This document shows positions 39,570-47,787 of a DNA stretch of 64,000 nt, in pieces (positions within the stretch are counted from its first letter, which is position 1; each line of letters begins with the position of its first letter). Source of the DNA: Promethearchaeota archaeon (GTDB lineage: Archaea > Asgardarchaeota > Thorarchaeia > Thorarchaeales > Thorarchaeaceae); assembly GCA_014728035.1 (NCBI GenBank), contig WJMJ01000018.1, positions 75,099 to 139,098 on the forward strand, read 5' to 3'. The notes beneath the pieces are model-generated. The model did no database searches and had not been told where the DNA came from. It saw only the letters and a list, made by a program, of their open reading frames with translations. The position numbers and the translations under genes are program-made.

Positions 39570-42500
39570 ATGTCCCAAACCTATCAGAAGCAATTGGAAA
39601 GCATAAAAAAAATCCTCAAAGATAATCCACGAGGAATGACGATAATTGATGTTTCAAGAAGTATTGGAATGAATAGGAATACTGTGGCTCGCTACCTTGA
39701 TGTGCTACTGATTTCAGGGCAGGTAGAGATGAAAACATTCGGGTCAGCAAAGGTTTTCTTTCCCTCACACCGTGTTCCAGTATCAGCATTACTGGATTTT
39801 TCATCTGATGCTATTGTTGTTGTAGATAGGAAACTGAAAATTCTTCAGATAAACGAAAATTTTCTCAACCTTATCCAGATGAAGAGAGAAAAAGTTGAAG
39901 GAAATTATCTGACTGAAATCAAATCACCTCTTTTCAGGTTGTCTAATATTGTTGATAGAATCAATGAAACTTTCGAAAGTGAAACAGGTCCAGAGCAATC
40001 ATTCGAAATTTCCAGTGGGAATCAATTCTTCCTAGTTAAAACCATTCCAACCTCCTTTGATACAGGCAGTGACGGTGTTACAGTATTATTTGAAGATATT
40101 ACAGAGCAAAAGAGAGCAGAAGAAGATTTACGAAAAAGCGAGGAGAAATACAGAACTCTTGCAGACGAATCACCTGTGGGTATCGTCATCTTCTCTGGAA
40201 ACGATATCAAATATGTTAATTCATCATTCAGTGATATAGTTGGAAGAAATATCGATGAAATCCAGTTGTTAGGAATTAGAGAAACCCTGAAATTCATTGA
40301 TAAACGTGACAGATCCAGAATACTAAGAAGAATCGAGTCCACTACCATTTCACAAGATATGGCCCTTGTAAGAGTAAATAGACCGGATGGAGATATTAGA
40401 TGGATTGAAGCTCGAAGCAATAGTATAGAGTATGAAGGAGAAAGTGCAATCCAAGTACTAGTCACAGATGCTACCGATAGAATGAGAGCACAGGCAGCTA
40501 TGCAAGAAAGCGAGAATAGACTACGGATAGTTGTTGAATCTATGTCTGATATGGTTTTTGTATTAGACAAGGAAGATAGATACCTAGAATATTATTCTTC
40601 AGAGGATTCTGAATTATACATCGAACCAAAATCATTCATAGGAAAGCACATATCTCAAGTAATACCTGCTAATGTCTACAAGCCCTATTTAGAAATAGCA
40701 GCAGAGGTAAGAAGGACAGGAAAAGGCAAACAATTCGATTACGAGATGGAAGTAAATGGAAATAATTATTGGTTCTCGTGTGTCCTTACCAGAGCTGAGG
40801 ATGCGGAGAGCATAATTGCCTCTGTAAGAAATGTTACAGAAAGAAAACACGCTGAACAAAATCTTAAACACTTGATTGAAACAAAACAAGAACTAGAATC
40901 TATTATCAACAGTGGGCCAGTGATACTTGTTTCATTACGGTTGGATGACAACCTTTCAGTTGAGATTGTTACTGATAATATTGAGCAAATGGGTTATAGT
41001 TCAAATCAGTTTGTTTCAGGTAAGATGGACTGGATTGAAATTGTATATCCAGATGATTATGAACAGATGAGGATTGAACTTGAACAGAATAAAGACAATA
41101 CCGATGAATTCGTTCAAGAATACCGAATCATAACAAATGGACAAGGGATAAGATGGATATCGGCCAACTCAAGATTTCTACTGGATACTGATAACAAAGT
41201 AAATCGAGTTCAATGTATTATCCAAGATATAACCGATCAAAAGGAAGCAATGCAAGCATTAGAAGAGAGCGAAAAGAAATATCGGACCTTGGTTGAGGAG
41301 TCTCTGCAAGGGATAGTGGTTATCCAAAACGGAAGAGTGGTATTTGCTAATGATGCCTATTGTCGTATTGCTGGAGTTGAATGCACAGCCCTCTATGAAA
41401 TGGATGAGAATGAAGTTTGGAGCATAATTCATCCTGAAGATGTGAAGCAGATAACGAAACGAAATGAGATTCGAGAAAAAGGAGGATATGTAAATCCATT
41501 CTTTGCATTTCGATATCTGCACAAAGACGGTAACATTCGATATGTAGAATCATATTCAAGTGTTATTGATTATGGTGGTGATCCTGCACTTCAGATTCTA
41601 ATCATTGATGTTACTTCACAAACTGAAGCTGAAGCTGCACTTCGAGAATCGGAAGTAAAATACCGTTCTCTAGCAGAAACATCTTTGCATGGAATTATTA
41701 TTTTGGATGAAAAGAAGCCTGTCTATATGAATAATGCATTTTTAGAGATAGTTGGATTAAAGAGAGATGAACTACTAGAGGAGGATTTTGGAGGTATTAA
41801 AGCAATTGTCCATCCTGACGATTATGATGAAAGACTGGAGAGGTATGAAAAATGGATTGATGGTGCCAATATTTCTGCAACCTCAGAGTTCAGATTTGTA
41901 CGATCAAACGGAGAGGTAAGATATGTCAAAACCTACCTCTCAAGTATAGAAACCAACGAATCCAAGTATTTGCAGGTTCAGCTCCTAGATATTACTGACC
42001 AAAGACATGCTGAAATGAAATTTGAAAAGATTCGTACCATCAAAGAATCGCTTATGAATGCTATTGATGATTTCATGTTTCTCCTTGATGATGAATACAG
42101 AATAGTCGAAATCAATCCTGCAGTTACAAACACTCTAGGGTACACCTTAGAAGATATCCTAAATGTACCCATTTCCGAACTTATAATGAGAAAGAAAGAT
42201 TTCTCAGAATTTTCAAGAATGGTTGGGGATGGTACAGTTGAAAAATCTGTGATTCAAATTAAGAACAAATCTGAAGAAGAAATACCTGTAGAAGCTAAGT
42301 TCGAATCTATAACTCTTGATGCCTCCACAATAATATTAGTGCTTGCGAAGGACATCAGGGAAAAACTGCAAACTGAGAGATTAATGAATTTGCAGCGAGA
42401 GGTTGGATTCAAGCTGAGTTCTACTTCAGATTTAGACATAGCTCTAAATCATGTTGTTGACTCACTTCTTAGTATTGATGGAATAGATTCTGCGGGTATC

Positions 42501-42860
42501 TATCTAACACGTTTTGATGAGGAAATATTTGAACTTTACACATCTCGAAACTTATCAAAAAGCTTCTTGAAAGAGATGACAAAGGTTGGATTCGATCATC
42601 CTTATTCAAAAGTAATACTTGCTGGAAAACAAAATTCATACCACTTCTCAGGGGATCAATTAACAGAAAAAATAAGAGAAGAAGGATTTGTAAGTACCTA
42701 TTCGATACCAATAACTCTTGTCGGAAAAATAATTGCTGTAGTAAACTTAGCATCAAAAGAAAAAGTGAAAATTCACGAGTCTTCAATGAAGAGCATCGAG
42801 TCTATAGCTAATATTGCCGGAGAGGTTATTCTCCGATTAAAAAGGGATAATCATTTTTAG
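39570..42860 (+). CDS. wHTH, 7 PAS, GAF one-component sensor/regulator
   Basis: N-terminal HTH (GMTIIDVSRSIGMNRNTVARYL), seven PAS/PAC repeats, terminal GAF; no kinase domain. Confidence 0.88.
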   Translation: MSQTYQKQLESIKKILKDNPRGMTIIDVSRSIGMNRNTVARYLDVLLISGQVEMKTFGSAKVFFPSHRVPVSALLDFSSDAIVVVDRKLKILQINENFLNLIQMKREKVEGNYLTEIKSPLFRLSNIVDRINETFESETGPEQSFEISSGNQFFLVKTIPTSFDTGSDGVTVLFEDITEQKRAEEDLRKSEEKYRTLADESPVGIVIFSGNDIKYVNSSFSDIVGRNIDEIQLLGIRETLKFIDKRDRSRILRRIESTTISQDMALVRVNRPDGDIRWIEARSNSIEYEGESAIQVLVTDATDRMRAQAAMQESENRLRIVVESMSDMVFVLDKEDRYLEYYSSEDSELYIEPKSFIGKHISQVIPANVYKPYLEIAAEVRRTGKGKQFDYEMEVNGNNYWFSCVLTRAEDAESIIASVRNVTERKHAEQNLKHLIETKQELESIINSGPVILVSLRLDDNLSVEIVTDNIEQMGYSSNQFVSGKMDWIEIVYPDDYEQMRIELEQNKDNTDEFVQEYRIITNGQGIRWISANSRFLLDTDNKVNRVQCIIQDITDQKEAMQALEESEKKYRTLVEESLQGIVVIQNGRVVFANDAYCRIAGVECTALYEMDENEVWSIIHPEDVKQITKRNEIREKGGYVNPFFAFRYLHKDGNIRYVESYSSVIDYGGDPALQILIIDVTSQTEAEAALRESEVKYRSLAETSLHGIIILDEKKPVYMNNAFLEIVGLKRDELLEEDFGGIKAIVHPDDYDERLERYEKWIDGANISATSEFRFVRSNGEVRYVKTYLSSIETNESKYLQVQLLDITDQRHAEMKFEKIRTIKESLMNAIDDFMFLLDDEYRIVEINPAVTNTLGYTLEDILNVPISELIMRKKDFSEFSRMVGDGTVEKSVIQIKNKSEEEIPVEAKFESITLDASTIILVLAKDIREKLQTERLMNLQREVGFKLSSTSDLDIALNHVVDSLLSIDGIDSAGIYLTRFDEEIFELYTSRNLSKSFLKEMTKVGFDHPYSKVILAGKQNSYHFSGDQLTEKIREEGFVSTYSIPITLVGKIIAVVNLASKEKVKIHESSMKSIESIANIAGEVILRLKRDNHF

Positions 42861-43174
42861 AATGAAATTTGCATAAATAGTTAGCAATGCCTTGCAGCTT
42901 TGCATAACATTCTGCACAATCATCGAAGCATTTTATAAGGCGTCTAAAGTGATAGAAGGTTAAGAACAGCAGCTGCGCAATCTGATGGTCCCTTAGGCAC
43001 ACACCAAAATCATCAGAAGTAGCTGTTCGTGACTTGCTCGCATCAAAGTGGTTCAGCCTCTCCGCTGGACCACACACTATATTCTCAATAACTATCCAGC
43101 ACATGAAATGAATTTTTCAAGCCTACTAAATCAGGTGAGATAACTATCGACCAAAAATCTCACCTTAGAATAAC

Positions 43175-44320
43175 TCATTTTCGCACTAAATCCCGTAGCT
43201 TATCCGCAGAGAACTCATGCAATCGTTCTTTTGCTTCCTCACGTGCAGCTTGATGGTTCTCAAGAAATTCCATCATTCTTGGTACTAGAATCTGTTTACA
43301 TGCACCACAGAGAATCTCTCCACTCACACATTTCTTCCTAATATCAAGAAGTTCCTTATCATCAGGCATGAAAATGAAGGTGTAATACTTGAAAACAGAA
43401 CAGATTTCCGGATTAGCTCCCAACTCTCGCTGTTCTTTGGCGGTTGTTCTTCCACCAGTGAAGGCAGCCATCACTTTCTTTTTAGCCTTCTTTGGAGAAT
43501 CAGTAGTGTAGATGGCAGACATTGGGTCAGATGAAGACATTTTTCCGCCTTCTTGGAGACCTGGAACAAACTTATTCTGTATCGAAGCAGGTTTGTAGTA
43601 TCCGATTTTTTCCGCGACATCTCGGGCAATTCTCCAGTAAGGATCCTGATCAATTGCACAAGGAATAACACATGGTGTCTTTGTCCCATGAATCCATGAG
43701 TGCAAGAAGGCGGGAACCGCTTGTAGTGATGGATAGAAGATCCCACCAATATTCATGCTATTTTCGAATCCAAATACTGCTCGAGCTGTTGAGAAAGTTA
43801 CTCGTTTAGCAACCTTGACAGCTAATTCATACAAGAGGTCAATATGTTTGATATCATCAATAATGAATGTCTTCTCTGGGTCGAAACCTGTAGCTATAAC
43901 ATCCAAAGCATTGTCTCGAGTCAGCTCATGGACTTTATCATACTTCATATCTTGATCAAACCAATACTTCTCATCGTTTGTGAGTTGGAAGTATAATGGC
44001 ACATCGAATCGGTCTTGCATCCATTTTGTGAACATCCAAGGAACAAGATGACCGATATGGACATCTCCACTGGGACCACGCCCTGTATAGAGAACGAATC
44101 TATTTCCTTTCTCATACTCCTTCAGGACCCAATCGAAATCTCGATGTGAAAAGAACATTTCCCTATCTAGTAGGATATGACTTTCACCAGCTATCTTCTT
44201 GATTTTGTTTCGCAATTCTTCATCGATTAGTTCTGTTCCAAATTCCTCGACTAATCGTTCATAATCAATTGTACCCTTGACTTCCCAAGGAGTGACCAGC
44301 ATCTCATCTTCGTTAGTCAT
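43175..44320 (-). CDS. trpS: tryptophan--tRNA ligase (archaeal/eukaryal type)
   Basis: VTPWEV, LYTGRGPS, HIGH, AIDQDPYWR, KMSSS. Confidence 0.97.
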   Translation of the reverse strand: MTNEDEMLVTPWEVKGTIDYERLVEEFGTELIDEELRNKIKKIAGESHILLDREMFFSHRDFDWVLKEYEKGNRFVLYTGRGPSGDVHIGHLVPWMFTKWMQDRFDVPLYFQLTNDEKYWFDQDMKYDKVHELTRDNALDVIATGFDPEKTFIIDDIKHIDLLYELAVKVAKRVTFSTARAVFGFENSMNIGGIFYPSLQAVPAFLHSWIHGTKTPCVIPCAIDQDPYWRIARDVAEKIGYYKPASIQNKFVPGLQEGGKMSSSDPMSAIYTTDSPKKAKKKVMAAFTGGRTTAKEQRELGANPEICSVFKYYTFIFMPDDKELLDIRKKCVSGEILCGACKQILVPRMMEFLENHQAAREEAKERLHEFSADKLRDLVRK

Positions 44321-44488
44321 AGATGTTCACCTAGGTGTATTTTCGATTCAGATAGGCATATCAATTAAGCATGATGGTGCTGCAGAAGAACACCGAGTTG
44401 TGACGTATCCAACTAGTTTAAGAGGCATAATTCACAAGAAGACAGCTACCTAAGTTATGAGTTCATTCACAAAAGCAGGTGGCAAATT

Positions 44489-44731
44489 GTGCGTATTGAT
44501 GAATTCGAGTTTGAAGAAGAAAAGACTCTCAGCACCGTTGCTGAGCTACTTGAGAAAATGGCGAAAGAGATCCGAGATGGAGACAGATTGGAGCTTCCTA
44601 TGCCGAGTCTTAAAGAAGGCGTAATTAAACTACCATTGGGTGAACCAATCGAGACTAGTATTGAGGTAAATATAAGAAAGAAAGCAATTCGACTCAATCT
44701 GGTCATGCGATGGAACGCAAAAGAAGACTAA
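44489..44731 (+). CDS. amphi-Trp domain protein
   Basis: 80 aa; amphipathic VAELLEKMAKEI helix, beta strands, terminal Trp (LVMRW). Confidence 0.75.
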   Translation: MRIDEFEFEEEKTLSTVAELLEKMAKEIRDGDRLELPMPSLKEGVIKLPLGEPIETSIEVNIRKKAIRLNLVMRWNAKED

Positions 44732-44742
44732 GAGGTTTTGTG

Positions 44743-45363
44743 ATGAGTAAAGATAATGCTGACAGAGAAACCATAATCAAAGGATTATCAGAGATAGGAG
44801 GATTCCTAGTTCAAGTAGCTTCTGCAGTCGATACAGAGCTAAGTTGTCCGACAAGATGTACTAATTCTGAATGGGATGAAGTTCGGAAAAAGACCATTAA
44901 ACACCTCCAGAAACTTATTCCGAAATACTCTATGTCATTACACTTGCCAAAAGATGAGATGGGAATCAGTGCCCAAGCAGCTATTGCAAGCCTGATGAAG
45001 ATACAATATGCGTATACTCACATCATTATTATGTTAGATATGATTAGAGGGGACGATTTCAGAGAAGTCTACATGGATTCACTTGTGGAAATCTCTAAAA
45101 AAGTGTATGACTCTATCCTTGCATTCCATACTGCAGTTTTGGATTATGATGGAACACAAAAATCGATAGAAAATGGCCTTGAGATAGTAAAGAAATTAGA
45201 ACGAGAGGTAGACGAAGAGAACATAATAATCTGTCGTCAAATTTCTGTTGCTACCGGTGGCGAATCAGGCTTCATATCATATATAATGAGAAAGATAGTT
45301 GGTGAACTTGAACACATCACAGATTATCTTGAAGATGTTATGGAAATAATCGACGACCTTTAG
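44743..45363 (+). CDS. DUF47/PhoU-like helical bundle protein
   Basis: LEREVDE and LEHITDYLED PhoU/DUF47-type acidic motifs. Confidence 0.65.
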   Translation: MSKDNADRETIIKGLSEIGGFLVQVASAVDTELSCPTRCTNSEWDEVRKKTIKHLQKLIPKYSMSLHLPKDEMGISAQAAIASLMKIQYAYTHIIIMLDMIRGDDFREVYMDSLVEISKKVYDSILAFHTAVLDYDGTQKSIENGLEIVKKLEREVDEENIIICRQISVATGGESGFISYIMRKIVGELEHITDYLEDVMEIIDDL

Positions 45364-45373
45364 GTGAGTAGGA

Positions 45374-47041
45374 GTGGCAGCAGAACAGTACCTAATTGTA
45401 GGTGTTTTAATAATTGGTACAGCTCTAGCAAAAATATCTGAGAAATACCGTCTTCCATATCCCATTCCATTGATTATTGCCGGAATGGTTCTGGCTCAGG
45501 CATTACCAGGAGAAGGAATTCCTGAAGCTTTAGGGCTAGAATTCATCGCACAGTTGACACTTGCAACTGTATTGTTCTATGCGGGCCTTACCATGAATTT
45601 GCGAGAGCTTAGACTGTCACTTCCTGTTGTAGCTGCACTCGCTAGTGTAGGAGTACTAGCCACTTCAATCATTGCAGGCGGAGCAATTTTCTTGGCTTTC
45701 TCTGGAATCGGACTTGCAGCTTTCTTAATTGGAGCTATTCTTTCTCCTACGGACCCTGCAGCTCTGTTTTCAGTTCTTGAGTCTGGAGGGGTGAGAGTGA
45801 AAAGGAAGATTTACTCTATTTTGGAAGGTGAAGCAGTATTCAATGATGCAACTTCTGTTATCTTGGTAATTACTGTCTTCGAGCCGATTGTAGCTGTAAA
45901 TCTGATTGGAGACCCCAGCCTTGCTCAACCATGGTGGATTATCCTAGGGCAATTTGTAGGAAGTATAGTTTTTGGTGTTATCATTGCATATGGTATTGCA
46001 CGCTTCATCGGAATGGTAATTCTTCGTGATGCAGATCCAACTAACATCGCAATTCTTACTGCAGCAACACCAATTCTAGCTTATGGTACTGGAGAACTGC
46101 TAACCTTTCTAGGATTCCATCCAGGAGCTATGGCTGCAGTATTTACTGGAATCTTCATGGCAAACGCAAAAATGGTCGGTCTAGATGTATTACCTCAACA
46201 GTCAATGCGAAATACCACTAAGAATGTATCATTTGCATTTGAAATTGTAGTCTTCATTCTTTTGGGTTATACTGTCAATCTAAGTTTTATCACAGGAGTA
46301 TTTGCAGGTACACAGGTTCCTGTTCTCCTAGTAGGTTCAGTCGTGGCAATTTTGGTCATCTTCGTGGCAAGACCAATCTCAGTGTTTTTGATTACCGCAC
46401 CAGATAGAAAAATGACTTGGAAAGATAGATTCTTTATTAGCTGGGCAGGAGTAAAGGGAGTTGCAAGCGCAGCTCTAGCTGCCATTGCAGTTTCTGTATT
46501 AGTGCATACTATTCCTGAAGGAACACCACAGGTGATAATAGACCAAGTAACAACAGCTGCAGATACTATTACTGGAATCGTGTTTATTGTCTTAATGATT
46601 AGTCTAGTGCTACAAGGAATTACAGCTCCACTATTCGCAAAGAAACTAGGTCTCGAAGAAGAACAGGATGCCTTTGATGAAATCTCTGCAAAGCGAAATG
46701 CCACAAGGCATGCACTACTAAGACTGGTAGATGAATATACAGAAGGGAAAGTTGATTCTGAATTATACAGAATTCTCAAAGCAGAACTGGAAGAAGAGAT
46801 TTTCCAATTGGAAGACGAACTAAGAAAAATGGTTCAGGAAAAACGAGCCCGTCTAATGGAAATCTCTATTCGTGAAGAGATTTGCAAAAGCAAGTTGTCA
46901 TACTATGAAGAACAGTATGAGAAGGGAAAGATACCTGAAACTGTCTATGATGACAGAAAAGACGAGATTGAAGCAGAGATCAATGAACTCTCTGTTATGC
47001 GGAAACACTGCGCCGAGGGAAAAATAGATCCCATCGATTAG
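45374..47041 (+). CDS. nhaP: CPA1 (NhaP-type) Na+(K+)/H+ antiporter with C-terminal coiled-coil tail
   Basis: LSPTDPAA, LEGEAVFNDA, ARP, WAGVKG, LQG motifs. Confidence 0.9.
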   Translation: MAAEQYLIVGVLIIGTALAKISEKYRLPYPIPLIIAGMVLAQALPGEGIPEALGLEFIAQLTLATVLFYAGLTMNLRELRLSLPVVAALASVGVLATSIIAGGAIFLAFSGIGLAAFLIGAILSPTDPAALFSVLESGGVRVKRKIYSILEGEAVFNDATSVILVITVFEPIVAVNLIGDPSLAQPWWIILGQFVGSIVFGVIIAYGIARFIGMVILRDADPTNIAILTAATPILAYGTGELLTFLGFHPGAMAAVFTGIFMANAKMVGLDVLPQQSMRNTTKNVSFAFEIVVFILLGYTVNLSFITGVFAGTQVPVLLVGSVVAILVIFVARPISVFLITAPDRKMTWKDRFFISWAGVKGVASAALAAIAVSVLVHTIPEGTPQVIIDQVTTAADTITGIVFIVLMISLVLQGITAPLFAKKLGLEEEQDAFDEISAKRNATRHALLRLVDEYTEGKVDSELYRILKAELEEEIFQLEDELRKMVQEKRARLMEISIREEICKSKLSYYEEQYEKGKIPETVYDDRKDEIEAEINELSVMRKHCAEGKIDPID

Positions 47042-47694
47042 TAAGAGGCTTTCTTGTAAATATCAGGTATACGAATGCCAGTCTTGCCATTGAATACATC
47101 ACGTAAGAGTTCAAAGTGCTCATCCAAATCTTTTAGGAGTTTTTCCAGAGCATTTGGTTCGATATTCGGTTCTGCAGTCCAGATGGTGAGATAATTACTC
47201 ACAACACCAAGCTCGACACCACCTTCTTCTAAGTCTCTGAAAATGGTAATCTTAACTAGGAACTCTGCTTCGAACATATCCAATACTTCATGAACACTTA
47301 TGATAATCAAGTCAAGAAATCCAATAAGATCTTCAAGTACTGGAGATTCTTCTATACTTCCCCGAAGTGATTCTGTAAAGGTCTGAATGGTAGAAGCTCG
47401 TTGCTTAAGAGTTTCAAACATCCTCATCAATTTTGAGAATTCTTTGATTGAAGATTCAAGCGCTGGTACCAATTTGTCAAATAAATTCACAAGGAGTTTA
47501 CCACGAGCATTTTCACGGATATTGTGATATCCATCGAGTTTGCCCAAGGGGCCATCAAGATGTTCAATCTGAACTAGAGTGTTTGTTACGGCTTGTACTG
47601 ACTTGACTGAGCTCCGTTGAATTTTTGACCAACGTTCGACAAAAGTGTCGATACCTTCACGCAAGTCTTCAAGTATTTCTAACTCTCTGGCCAA
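47038..47694 (-). CDS. CINP/C1orf109-like helical protein
   Basis: C-terminal VLDMFEAEFLVK..I..L...YLTIWTAEPNIE resembles the recalled CINP signature; N-terminal W...Q....N; 218 aa. Confidence 0.6.
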   Translation of the reverse strand: MARELEILEDLREGIDTFVERWSKIQRSSVKSVQAVTNTLVQIEHLDGPLGKLDGYHNIRENARGKLLVNLFDKLVPALESSIKEFSKLMRMFETLKQRASTIQTFTESLRGSIEESPVLEDLIGFLDLIIISVHEVLDMFEAEFLVKITIFRDLEEGGVELGVVSNYLTIWTAEPNIEPNALEKLLKDLDEHFELLRDVFNGKTGIRIPDIYKKASY

Positions 47695-47787
47695 TGATAT
47701 TTCTCCATTCTTACCAATGTATTACAACATATAACTCATTCTGCGTTGGCATTGTTGTGTCACTGATAGGGAGTCGTTTTTTTCAAA

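Noticed and set aside
42826-43104. 92-aa Cys-containing minus-strand ORF
   Set aside because: No recognisable motif or RBS, and it overlaps the end of the PAS gene; probably spurious, though the 315-nt gap remains unexplained
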